From the IMG/VR virus record IMGVR_UViG_3300032224_000970, positions 32,001-96,000 of that record: a DNA stretch of 64,000 nt; one strand, given 5' to 3'. Position numbers and translations under genes: made by a program. The DNA is from a virus. Positions 10,740 to 20,159 of this stretch are shown here, piece after piece (position 1 is the first letter of the stretch; each line of letters starts with the position of its first letter). Under the pieces are notes generated by a model. It saw only the letters and a program-made list of their open reading frames with translations. It was not told where the DNA came from and searched no databases.

Positions 10740-13700
10740 ATGGCAATTTATGTTGGCTCAGACGCATCAAGTAGCGGAAACAATTGGCTTGCAACTAATA
10801 TTAGCACAACAGCAGGAATTACTAATGACTTGTTAGTTGACGTTCCTGGTATTGCATCAGTAACATCACAACCAGATGTTGGTGGTGTACAGCGTGGTAA
10901 CTACTGCACTCTTAGTGTGGTTGATTTTGATACTGCTGCTCCAACTGGTGGAGGTCTAATTTTAACCAATGGTTTTTCCAGAGGAACAATGGCTATTCCT
11001 TCTACTGGTAAATGGTATTGGGAAGTATATTTTTCAGCAGTAAGTAATGCAGGTTTAGGTCTTTCCCCATCAACATCTAGAGTTAGTGATGCTAACGGTA
11101 GTGGCGGATTCTGGGGATATATTTATACTGGTAACAAATATGAAGCAGGAAGTGCTAGTGGATATGGATCTACTTTTACTGCTGGTGATACCATTGCGGT
11201 TGCAGTAGATGCTGATGCAGGTACAGTTACTTACTATAAAAATAATGTAAGCCAAGGTATTGCACACCGATTAGATTTTAAAAATATACAGTGGTTACCT
11301 ACTTGCAGACCAATTACTTCTAGTACTGGGTATATAAATTTTGGTCAACGTGCATATACATATACTCCACCAGCTGGATATAAATCTCTTTGCACAACTA
11401 ACTTACCAAACCCAGTTATCAAACTTCCATCAGATCACTTTGATGTAAAGACATATACTGGTAATGGTACACAGTTAATGGTTGGTGTTAACCCAAAACA
11501 GTTACAAACAGCTTCGATTAATAAATCTCTAAGATTTAAATCAAATCTTAAAACATATTTAACCAGAACACCTTCAAGTGCTTCTAATCGTCAGACATGG
11601 ACTTGGAGTGGTTGGGTAAAAAGAGGTCTCTCAAACACTCGTATGACACTCATGGGTGGATATACAGGAACAACAAATGGTAGTTTAAGAACTGAAGTAA
11701 TTATTTTGGATGGCGGTGCTTTCCAAATGTATACAGACCAGATACAAACTGCCACCGACTTCTCTGTAGTTACAAATCAAATTTTCAAAGATACATCTTC
11801 TTGGTATCACTTTGTTGCAGTTCTTGATACTACACAATCATCTTCAGTAAATAGAGTTAAGCTGTATGTAAATGGAGTTCAGATATCTTCGTTTTCTAGT
11901 GCATCATATCCATCACAAAACTATCAGAGTGGTATTAATTACAATAATATTCAATATATTAATAGGTATTATGATACATCTGGTGGCAATTATTATGGCG
12001 ATGGTTATCTTGCTGATGTCAACTTTATTGATGGTCAAGCATTAACACCATCTAGTTTTGGTCAATTTGATGCCAACAATAACTGGGCACCAAAAACATA
12101 TACTGGTACATATGGTACAAATGGATATAAACTAGATTTTAATGATACACGTAGTCCAACTACTGCTGCTTATGATGTTTCTGGTAACAGCAATCATTGG
12201 ACACCATTAATTGAAACAGCACTTGCTTCTGCTGGGTGGAATACTGCTCCAACTGCAGCAAATGCACCTAACGTACTTTACTACGGAACTCCAGGAACTT
12301 ATACTTGGACAGCACCTGCTGGCGTAACATCTGTCACTTACCTAGTTGTAGGTGGTGGCGGTGGCGGTGGTGATGGTGTTCCAACAAGAACAACTGGTGC
12401 AGGTGGCGGTGCAGGTGGTTATTTAACTGGCACATTATCTGTAACACCATCAACTTCGTATACTGTAACTGTTGGTGCAGGTGGTCTTCCAGGCACTTCT
12501 CCTACGAATGGTGGTAACTCTGTATTTGCATCTATTACTGCACTTGGTGGTGGTTATGGTGCGTATGGTGGTAATAATGGTGCAACAGGTGGTACTGGTG
12601 GATCTGGTGGTGGAACTTCTGGTCCATATAGTGGTGGTACAACTAATGGTGGACTAGGAACTGCTGGACAAGGTAATAATGGTGGTGTTGCATCACAATT
12701 TTCTTGCTCTGGTGGCGGTGGTGCTGGGCAGGTTGGAGGTAACTCTTCTCCAGGTGCTTATGGTGGTAATGGTTTAGCAAATACTATCACTGGTGTTTCA
12801 GTATACTATGCTGGCGGTGGTGGTGGATCAATTGGTGGTCTCGGTGGTGGAGGTAGACAAGCAGACAATCCTTCTAGCGGAACTGCAGCACGTCCAGGAA
12901 CTGATGGTCTCGGTGGTGGCGGTGGCGGTGGTTCAAACCCAACTACTGCTGCAGCGAGAGGTGGTTCTGGTGTAGTTATTCTTTCTTACACTAATGCTGG
13001 TTCATATGTTGGTGCTGGTGTAGGTTCTTCTATTAATAATGATAGTTCGATGGATGTTCCTGCGAACAGTGTAGATTCTCTTGGTAACAGTATTGGTAAT
13101 TTTGCTATTTGGTCAACAAGCAACCAAACTGCATCTTACAATACAACTGCAACAATATCTGAGGGAGGATTATTAGCAACTGGTGGTGCAATTAATAATT
13201 CTTGGAATGCTATTGGGAGTTTAACTATCCCAACAACTGGTAAGTGGTATTGGGAAGTTGAATGTTCCCCTACAGCTTATGGTAATGGATATACTGGAAT
13301 TACTGGTAAAAATATTTCAAAGAATACTGGTTGGAGGATTGGTACTGGTGTTCTATTAAATGATGGAACCACAGCATATACATATACATCGTACAATACA
13401 ACTTCAGCGAATAGAGTTGGTATTGCATATGATGCAGATGCAGGCAAGATGTGGTTTACAGATATCTCTGGTGCATGGTTAAACAGTAAGACTCCAGGCG
13501 TAGATACAACTGGTTTAGTTTCTGGTATTATTAAAGATGACTATGTTCCATTCTGGAGTTATAACTCTGGCGCTGAGATTAACTTATATGTACGTGCTAA
13601 TTTTGGCCAGTCACCATTTGCTTATACTCAACCGACTGGATTTAAATCTCTTAACACTAAGAACTTAAATGATGTTGGTGTTTCTAACCTACCAGATAAC

Positions 13701-14627
13701 TACGGTAACTACGTTAATTCTCCAGATTTAGTATGGATTAAGTCTAGATCTGGTGCTTATGATCACCAACTTGCAGATACAATTCGTGGACCAAGATTAG
13801 GATTAAAGGCTAATTCTCAGGCTGTTCAATCAGCTGAAGCCAATGGCGTTCAAACTTTTATGCCTAATGGATTCATTGTTAACTCGGCACAAGATTTCAA
13901 TAACTCTGGTTCAACATATGTTACTTGGAATTGGAATCGTGGTAAGATTCCAGGATTTGATATTGTAAATTACGGTGGTAATATTACAAACTATCTACCA
14001 TTAACTATTCCACATAACTTAGGTGCACCACCTGCATTTATGATGGTTAAAGCCATGACTGATAGTACTGCTGGTAATAGAAACTGGAACTGCTATCATA
14101 AGGGACTTGGTCCAGGATATACAACATATATATCCTTAGTATCTTCAGCAGCAAACACTGACATTTGGGCAAATATTGTACCCGATTCTAAGAATTTTTA
14201 TATCGGTGGGGCTGCTAATGCACAGGAAATTAACTATACTGGTGGTTCTTATATTGCTTATCTGTGGGCAGAGGTTCCAGGATTTAGTAGAATGGGATTA
14301 TATACTGGTAATGGTGGAACAAGTAATTTTATATACTGTGGGTTTAGACCAAGATTTGTTATGGTAAAAGCCACTGGTACTGCAAACTCTACTAATAATA
14401 GTACAGAGTGGACTATTTGGGATACTGCCAGAAATATATTAAATCCAACTTTACAAGAACTATATCCAAATCGCGCATTTGCTGAAGCAACAGATGGTTC
14501 AGGTATTGATATTCTTTCAAATGGATTTAATTTGAAGAGAAACTCTGAATATGCAAACTGGTCTGGTACCAACTATATATTTGTTGCTTTTGCTGAGGCA
14601 CCATTTAAGTATGCCAATGCTCGATAA
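10740..14627 (+). CDS. SPRY-LamG-Gly-rich-SPRY receptor-binding/fibre protein (3' part of the split gene)
   Basis: Starts mid-architecture (GSDASSSGNNW). Two TGKWYWEV SPRY motifs, a LamG domain, a Gly-rich domain, PDLVWIKSRS; ends AFAEAPFKYANAR. Confidence 0.75.
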   Translation: MAIYVGSDASSSGNNWLATNISTTAGITNDLLVDVPGIASVTSQPDVGGVQRGNYCTLSVVDFDTAAPTGGGLILTNGFSRGTMAIPSTGKWYWEVYFSAVSNAGLGLSPSTSRVSDANGSGGFWGYIYTGNKYEAGSASGYGSTFTAGDTIAVAVDADAGTVTYYKNNVSQGIAHRLDFKNIQWLPTCRPITSSTGYINFGQRAYTYTPPAGYKSLCTTNLPNPVIKLPSDHFDVKTYTGNGTQLMVGVNPKQLQTASINKSLRFKSNLKTYLTRTPSSASNRQTWTWSGWVKRGLSNTRMTLMGGYTGTTNGSLRTEVIILDGGAFQMYTDQIQTATDFSVVTNQIFKDTSSWYHFVAVLDTTQSSSVNRVKLYVNGVQISSFSSASYPSQNYQSGINYNNIQYINRYYDTSGGNYYGDGYLADVNFIDGQALTPSSFGQFDANNNWAPKTYTGTYGTNGYKLDFNDTRSPTTAAYDVSGNSNHWTPLIETALASAGWNTAPTAANAPNVLYYGTPGTYTWTAPAGVTSVTYLVVGGGGGGGDGVPTRTTGAGGGAGGYLTGTLSVTPSTSYTVTVGAGGLPGTSPTNGGNSVFASITALGGGYGAYGGNNGATGGTGGSGGGTSGPYSGGTTNGGLGTAGQGNNGGVASQFSCSGGGGAGQVGGNSSPGAYGGNGLANTITGVSVYYAGGGGGSIGGLGGGGRQADNPSSGTAARPGTDGLGGGGGGGSNPTTAAARGGSGVVILSYTNAGSYVGAGVGSSINNDSSMDVPANSVDSLGNSIGNFAIWSTSNQTASYNTTATISEGGLLATGGAINNSWNAIGSLTIPTTGKWYWEVECSPTAYGNGYTGITGKNISKNTGWRIGTGVLLNDGTTAYTYTSYNTTSANRVGIAYDADAGKMWFTDISGAWLNSKTPGVDTTGLVSGIIKDDYVPFWSYNSGAEINLYVRANFGQSPFAYTQPTGFKSLNTKNLNDVGVSNLPDNYGNYVNSPDLVWIKSRSGAYDHQLADTIRGPRLGLKANSQAVQSAEANGVQTFMPNGFIVNSAQDFNNSGSTYVTWNWNRGKIPGFDIVNYGGNITNYLPLTIPHNLGAPPAFMMVKAMTDSTAGNRNWNCYHKGLGPGYTTYISLVSSAANTDIWANIVPDSKNFYIGGAANAQEINYTGGSYIAYLWAEVPGFSRMGLYTGNGGTSNFIYCGFRPRFVMVKATGTANSTNNSTEWTIWDTARNILNPTLQELYPNRAFAEATDGSGIDILSNGFNLKRNSEYANWSGTNYIFVAFAEAPFKYANAR

Positions 14628-14634
14628 CTAAATA
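14628..14634 (+). promoter_or_regulatory. Putative gp55-dependent late promoter (CTAAATA)
   Basis: T4-type TAAATA core in the short intergenic gap before the chaperone gene. Confidence 0.5.
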
Positions 14635-14661
14635 ATAGAATTCTTTAAGAGGAAATAACAA

Positions 14662-15207
14662 ATGTTCGCTTTAGTAAAAACTGTAAAAAATATGAGCAAT
14701 CAAGATACTCAGGTTATTAGCCTGTTTGCTCCATACACAATCTGGGAAGATAAACATGGCGTACAACATAGTCCAGAAACTTTGTTGTCAATGACAGCTG
14801 ACCAGAAACAGGATGCTGGTATCTATGATGTGGCTTATGCTACTCGCCCAGATGATCGTTTCTATAATGTTTCAGAAGAATCTACATCTTTTGATCAAAC
14901 TGAAAAGATTGTCAAAGTAACTTATACATCAGAGCCAAAACAATTGGATGATATTGATGATGTAAAAGGATTGAAGACGCAGTGGACTAATCAAATTAGT
15001 TCTATCGCAAATTTAATGTTGGCTCAAACTGACTGGATGCTAGTCCGTAAAATTGAACGTAATGTAGATGTTCCAGCAGAAACTACTGCTTATCGTGCAG
15101 CTATTGTTGCTGAGTGTAATCGTATAGTTACTGCCATTGGAAAAGTCAAAACTGTTCCAAAACTTATCGAAGCCATCGAATCTGCTAATTGGCCATCTGC
15201 AGAATAA
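14662..15207 (+). CDS. Tail fibre assembly chaperone-like protein
   Basis: LAQTDWMLVRK.ER..DVP....YRAAI...WPSAE. Paralog of 8225-8770. Confidence 0.6.
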   Translation: MFALVKTVKNMSNQDTQVISLFAPYTIWEDKHGVQHSPETLLSMTADQKQDAGIYDVAYATRPDDRFYNVSEESTSFDQTEKIVKVTYTSEPKQLDDIDDVKGLKTQWTNQISSIANLMLAQTDWMLVRKIERNVDVPAETTAYRAAIVAECNRIVTAIGKVKTVPKLIEAIESANWPSAE

Positions 15208-15227
15208 TAAATCGTTGCTCGAACGAG

Positions 15228-15256
15228 ACCCCACCGAGCGTGGGGTTTTTGTTTTT
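15228..15256 (+). terminator. Rho-independent terminator
   Basis: Stem ACCCCAC-cgagc-GTGGGGT followed by TTTTGTTTTT. Confidence 0.85.
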
Positions 15257-15283
15257 ATCTTTGCAATTGCAGTTTAGAAAACG

Positions 15284-15290
15284 ATAAATA
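15284..15290 (+). promoter_or_regulatory. Putative late promoter (ATAAATA)
   Basis: Lies after the terminator and before the next structural gene. Confidence 0.6.
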
Positions 15291-15312
15291 AGAAGTAGAA
15301 TGGGAGATTTCA

Positions 15313-15651
15313 GTGGCATCCGTATCGAATTTATACATTGATCAGGGTTCAACCTACAGTAACATTATTACTGTAGCTTCCAGCACAGGCACAGCTTTAA
15401 ATTTAACTGGATATACCGTGGCTTCTCAGATGAGAAAGTCGTATGGTTCTTCCACATTTTATACATTTACTGCAAGCGTTTATGACGCTGTAACAGGTAA
15501 GGTTAGATTACAACTAACATCGACACAAACTTCTGCGATTCCAGCTGGTAGATATCTTTATGATATAGAAATCACAAATACATCTACAACTGCAAAAACA
15601 AGAATCTTGGAAGGTATTGTTGTCGTAACCCCAGAAATAACGCAGACATAA
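15313..15651 (+). CDS. Small virion structural protein (baseplate/fibre-adaptor-like)
   Basis: NLYIDQGSTY...LNLTGYT..SQMRKSY...GRYLYDIEI...RILEGIV.V.P, a conserved T4-like cyanophage family. GTG start with GGGAG SD. Confidence 0.7.
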   Translation: MASVSNLYIDQGSTYSNIITVASSTGTALNLTGYTVASQMRKSYGSSTFYTFTASVYDAVTGKVRLQLTSTQTSAIPAGRYLYDIEITNTSTTAKTRILEGIVVVTPEITQT

Positions 15652-15654
15652 AAT

Positions 15655-15927
15655 ATGGCAGAAATAATTGCAATCGTAGATGACCCATCTCTTACAGCGA
15701 TAACTGTAACCACAGGTACAGGAAGTACATTGTCTGATGGTGGTATGGCAGTTATAACTGGGAGTACATTATCTAACCCCCAAACTGTTGAATCAATTTC
15801 ATCGATTGGTAATGTAGACACTACTACATTAGAAAATGGTGCGGTTCTAGTTTATAAAACAACAACAAATAAATGGACTTCTACAACTACGCTAGATGCG
15901 CAGAATATGGAAGCTGGCGAATTTTAA
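15655..15927 (+). CDS. Small virion/fibre protein
   Basis: IGNVD...LENGAVLVY....KW...MEAGEF pattern of short fibre-associated proteins. Confidence 0.55.
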   Translation: MAEIIAIVDDPSLTAITVTTGTGSTLSDGGMAVITGSTLSNPQTVESISSIGNVDTTTLENGAVLVYKTTTNKWTSTTTLDAQNMEAGEF

Positions 15928-15941
15928 CGGAGAAATAAAAG

Positions 15942-18737
15942 ATGGCATCTATAATTAGAATTAAAAGATCATCGACTGTCGGTAATCCAACAACCCTTGG
16001 AGCAGGTGAGTTAGCGTATTCAGCTTTAGCCAACACTGGGTTCACTGGAGGAACTGCTACTGGTGGTAACATCCTATACATCGGTATGGGGGCAGAAACT
16101 GCTGGTAACGCTGCAAACCATTATGCAATCGGTGGTTACTACTATACTCAAGCAATCGATAATGCTACCAACTCTAGCACTGCTTCAACACTTGTTAAAC
16201 GTGATGCTTCTGGTAACTTCTCTGCTGGTACAATTACTGCTGCTTTATCAGGTAATGCTTCTACTGCCACTGCTTTAGCAACTGGTCGTACAATTTCTTT
16301 AACTGGTGATGTTACTTATACATCTGGTTCATTTGATGGTACAGGTAACGTAACTGGTACTGCTACTTTAGCAAACACTGCAGTTACTGCTGGTTCATAC
16401 GGTTCTTCTACTGCGATCCCAACATTTACTGTTGACTCAAAAGGTCGTTTAACTGCAGCTGGCACTGCATCAATTAGCACAACATTATCATTGAACGCTG
16501 GTAGTTCTACTTCTGCCACTGTTGCTCTTGGTACTGATAACTTAACATTCACTGGTGGTTCTGGTATTACCACTAGCATAGCAAAAGTAAGCACTACTTC
16601 TACGCTAACTATCGCCATCGATTCTACAGTTGCGACATTAACTGGCACTCAAACTCTTACAAATAAGACTTTAACACTACCAACTATCGGTGGTACTGGT
16701 GCTACATTTAATGGTTCTACTTCTGGCACGACTGTTCTTAAAGCATCTGCTGCTGCAGGTTCTACAACTATCACTCTTCCAGCAACTACAGGTACTGTTG
16801 TTACTACTGGTGATACTGGTACTGTTACTGATACCATGCTGGCTGGTAGTATATCTAATGGTAAACTAACAAACAGTTCAGTTACTATTAACGGAACTTC
16901 TGTTTCTCTTGGTGCTTCTGCAACTGTTACTGCTGCAGCTGGTACATTAACAGGCACAACTCTTAACGCTACTGTTGTTTCTTCTAGTTTAACTAGTGTT
17001 GGAACTATCGCAACTGGTGTCTGGAATGGTACAACAGTTGCTGTTGGTTACGGTGGTACTGGAACTACGAATGGTTCTATCACTGGTACTGGCGCACTAA
17101 CTTTTACTGCTGGTGGTTCAAATACTAACGTAAACCTAGTTCCAAATGGTACTGGTATTGTTGACGTCGGTGGTAAGCGTGTTGGTAATGCTGCAGATCC
17201 TACACAATCTACTGATTTAGCAACTAAAGCATACGTTGATGGTCTATCAAATGGTTTAGATGTTAAGCAATCTGTTGTTGCTGCATCTACAACTGCACTT
17301 ACTGTAACATATTCTAATGGCACTGGTGGTGTTGGTGCTACATTAACCAACGCTGGTACTCAGGCTGCATTTACTCTTGATGGTATTGCACTATCATCTG
17401 GTGATCGTGTTCTTATTAAAGACCAAGCATCTGGTTTACAGAATGGTGTTTACACTGTTACAACAGTTGGTACAATTTCTACAAACTGGGTTCTTACTCG
17501 TGCCACTGACTTTGATAATAGTCCAAGCACTGAAGTTGGTCCAGGCACTTTCTTCTTCGTTGAACAAGGTAATACTCAAGCAGACAATGGTTATGTTGTA
17601 AATACTGATACTGCCATTACTATTGGTACTACTGCTATTTCTTTCAGTCAGTTCTCTGGTGCTGGTCAAATTACTGCTGGTGCTGGTTTAACTAAGTCTG
17701 GTAATACTATTGACGTAGTTGGTACATTAAACCGTATTAGCGTTGCTACTGACTCTATCGACATTTCTGCAAGTTATGTTGGTCAGACTTCTATTACTAC
17801 TCTTGGTACAGTTACTACTGGTACTTGGAATGGTTCAGTAATTGGTTCTACTTACGGTGGTACTGGTGTTAACAACGGATCTGCCACTCTTACAATGGCA
17901 GGTAGCGTTACCCACGCTGGTGCATATACTCAGTCTTTCACTGCCACTGGTAATACTGCTGTTACATTACCAACTACTGGTACTCTAGCGACTTTAGCTG
18001 GAACAGAAACATTTACCAATAAGACTTTAACTAGCCCATCATTAACTACTCCAGCTATTGGCTCTGGTGGTTTTACTATCGCTGGTTCTACTTCTGGCAC
18101 TGTTAGTATTGTTAGCCAAGCGACTGCTTCTGGTACATTAACTCTACCAAATGGTGCAGATACATTAGTTGGTCGTGCCACTACTGACACATTAACTAAC
18201 AAGACTTTAACTTCACCAACTATCAATGGTGGTGCGGCATCTGCTCTTACTACTTTAGCAGTTCGTGATACTTCTGCTGCGTTTGATGTAACAATCGCTG
18301 CAACTTCTTCTACTACTCTTACTGCTGGTAGAACATTGACTATTGATATGGTTAATGCTGCGAGAACTATTAAACTTGCAGGTAACATTGATTTAGCAGC
18401 AAACTTCACTACTTCTGGTGCCAATGCTTTAACATTGACTACCACTGGTGCTACAAACGTAACTCTACCAACTACTGGTACTCTTGTTAACAGTGCAGTA
18501 ACTACTCTATCATCTCTAGCAAGTATCGGTACTATTACTACTGGTACTTGGAATGGTACTGTAATCGGTTCTTCTTATGGTGGTACTGGCTTTAGCACTT
18601 ATGCAACTGGTGACATTATTTACGCATCTGCGTCAAATACACTATCTAAATTAACAGCTGGTACAAGTGGTCAGGTTCTTCAAGTCTCTGCTGGTGGTGT
18701 TCCAACATGGGCAGACGTTGATGGTGGTACGTACTAA
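15942..18737 (+). CDS. Long tail fibre-like protein
   Basis: IRIKRS...P..LGAGELAY N-terminus; TGRTISLTGDVT; DLATKAYVD..GLDVK; GDRVLIKDQ...NGVY; TLTNKTLTSP repeats; ends DVDGGTY. Confidence 0.75.
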   Translation: MASIIRIKRSSTVGNPTTLGAGELAYSALANTGFTGGTATGGNILYIGMGAETAGNAANHYAIGGYYYTQAIDNATNSSTASTLVKRDASGNFSAGTITAALSGNASTATALATGRTISLTGDVTYTSGSFDGTGNVTGTATLANTAVTAGSYGSSTAIPTFTVDSKGRLTAAGTASISTTLSLNAGSSTSATVALGTDNLTFTGGSGITTSIAKVSTTSTLTIAIDSTVATLTGTQTLTNKTLTLPTIGGTGATFNGSTSGTTVLKASAAAGSTTITLPATTGTVVTTGDTGTVTDTMLAGSISNGKLTNSSVTINGTSVSLGASATVTAAAGTLTGTTLNATVVSSSLTSVGTIATGVWNGTTVAVGYGGTGTTNGSITGTGALTFTAGGSNTNVNLVPNGTGIVDVGGKRVGNAADPTQSTDLATKAYVDGLSNGLDVKQSVVAASTTALTVTYSNGTGGVGATLTNAGTQAAFTLDGIALSSGDRVLIKDQASGLQNGVYTVTTVGTISTNWVLTRATDFDNSPSTEVGPGTFFFVEQGNTQADNGYVVNTDTAITIGTTAISFSQFSGAGQITAGAGLTKSGNTIDVVGTLNRISVATDSIDISASYVGQTSITTLGTVTTGTWNGSVIGSTYGGTGVNNGSATLTMAGSVTHAGAYTQSFTATGNTAVTLPTTGTLATLAGTETFTNKTLTSPSLTTPAIGSGGFTIAGSTSGTVSIVSQATASGTLTLPNGADTLVGRATTDTLTNKTLTSPTINGGAASALTTLAVRDTSAAFDVTIAATSSTTLTAGRTLTIDMVNAARTIKLAGNIDLAANFTTSGANALTLTTTGATNVTLPTTGTLVNSAVTTLSSLASIGTITTGTWNGTVIGSSYGGTGFSTYATGDIIYASASNTLSKLTAGTSGQVLQVSAGGVPTWADVDGGTY

Positions 18738-18747
18738 TTGATTTTCG

Positions 18748-18780
18748 AGGGGAGTTTTTACTCCCCTGTTTTCCTTTTTT
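18748..18780 (+). terminator. Rho-independent terminator
   Basis: AGGGGAGT-tttt-ACTCCCCT followed by GTTTTCCTTTTTT. Confidence 0.75.
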
Positions 18781-18791
18781 AAGGTTATAGG

Positions 18792-20150
18792 ATGCCAAAC
18801 AAAGTTCTTCTTAAGAAGTCCTCGACAGCTGCTAAAGTTCCGCTAACGAGCGACATCGATTACGGTGAGTTAGCGTTAAACTACGCTGATGGAAAACTGT
18901 ATTATAAAACTTCAAGTAACACCATTAAAAGTTTTACAGATGATACTTCTGTTGTAACTCTTACTGGCTCCCAAACTCTTACAAATAAAACCTTAACATC
19001 ACCGACTATTAATAGCGGTGCATTGTCTGGCACTTTCTCTGGTGCAATTACCCTTTCCGATACAACTGCTTCTTCTTCAACCACTAGTGGTGCACTGAAG
19101 ATTGGTGGTGGTCTCGGTGTAGCTGGTTCTATCTACGCTGATAAAATCTACGCTGTTAATAATGGTGCTGGTACCAATGTCTATGTTGGTGATGATGTTG
19201 TCCTTGGCGATGTTAATCAAGCAAACACTCTAGGTCTTAGAGGACAGCAAGACGCATCTCAGGCTTATATTGTTTTTGGTAATGCTAACAACACTACATA
19301 TATTGGTCGTTCTGGAACAAACCCACTTCAAGTAACTGGTCAGTTCAAAGTTGATTCTGGTACTGTTACTGGTGCAAGTGCAGTTGCTATGCAAATTGCT
19401 GGTTATGCTAATAAAGGTGGTACTGGTTATCACGACTTCCTTAGTGTAACAAATGGTTATGGTTCTGCTACAAACGCATCTAAATGGTTTCGTTTAAACA
19501 GCACTGGTGCACTAGAGATTATCAACAGTGCATATACTGCAAGTATCTTTACATTAACTGATGCTGGTGTATTGGTTGTGCCTCAAATTAGTGCTGGTGG
19601 TTCTACAGGTACTAGTGGACAAGTTCTTCAATCTACTGGTACTGGTATTCAGTGGGCATCAGTTAGTGGTTCTGGAACAGTAACTTCTATTACAGCTGGC
19701 ACTGGTTTAACTGGTGGCACAATCACTAGTAGTGGAACTATTGCAATTGATTCCACTGTCACAACCTTAACAGGTTCTCAAACCCTTACAAATAAAACTC
19801 TTACTAGCCCCACAATAAATAGTGCTACGGTAAACAATTCAACCATCACTGGCACATTAACTGCAAATAGTTCTGCAGGAACTAATGGCTACTTTCTACA
19901 GTCTACTGGATCTGGTGTTCAGTGGGCACAGGCTACTTCTACTTCAGTCTTTACTGCAAATGCACAAAGCGATCTTGGTTATGTTTATGATTCTGCTACA
20001 GTTATAGAAGATTTAGGAACACCTCTTGGTACTACAACGACAAGTTATGACTTGGCAGTTCTACGTGTTGATGGTGTTGTTTCATTAAGCAATCTAGATA
20101 GTTCTGTCAAATCAGATTATCTTGCTCAAGCAATTATTTTTGGATTCTAA
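18792..20150 (+). CDS. Tail fibre-like protein
   Basis: LLKKSS...KVP....DYGELALNYADGKLYYK N-terminus; SGALKIGGGLGV; GTVTSITAGTGLTGG; TLTNKTLTSP repeats. Confidence 0.7.
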   Translation: MPNKVLLKKSSTAAKVPLTSDIDYGELALNYADGKLYYKTSSNTIKSFTDDTSVVTLTGSQTLTNKTLTSPTINSGALSGTFSGAITLSDTTASSSTTSGALKIGGGLGVAGSIYADKIYAVNNGAGTNVYVGDDVVLGDVNQANTLGLRGQQDASQAYIVFGNANNTTYIGRSGTNPLQVTGQFKVDSGTVTGASAVAMQIAGYANKGGTGYHDFLSVTNGYGSATNASKWFRLNSTGALEIINSAYTASIFTLTDAGVLVVPQISAGGSTGTSGQVLQSTGTGIQWASVSGSGTVTSITAGTGLTGGTITSSGTIAIDSTVTTLTGSQTLTNKTLTSPTINSATVNNSTITGTLTANSSAGTNGYFLQSTGSGVQWAQATSTSVFTANAQSDLGYVYDSATVIEDLGTPLGTTTTSYDLAVLRVDGVVSLSNLDSSVKSDYLAQAIIFGF

Positions 20151-20159
20151 GGATATAAA

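Noticed and set aside
9580-13000. GGT/GGC-rich repeats as a CRISPR or satellite array
   Set aside because: They are Gly codons inside ORFs, with no constant repeat-spacer period.
5187-14627. Diversity-generating retroelement acting on the fibre genes
   Set aside because: No reverse transcriptase in the window and no near-identical template/variable repeat pair differing only at adenines; the paralogs are broadly diverged.
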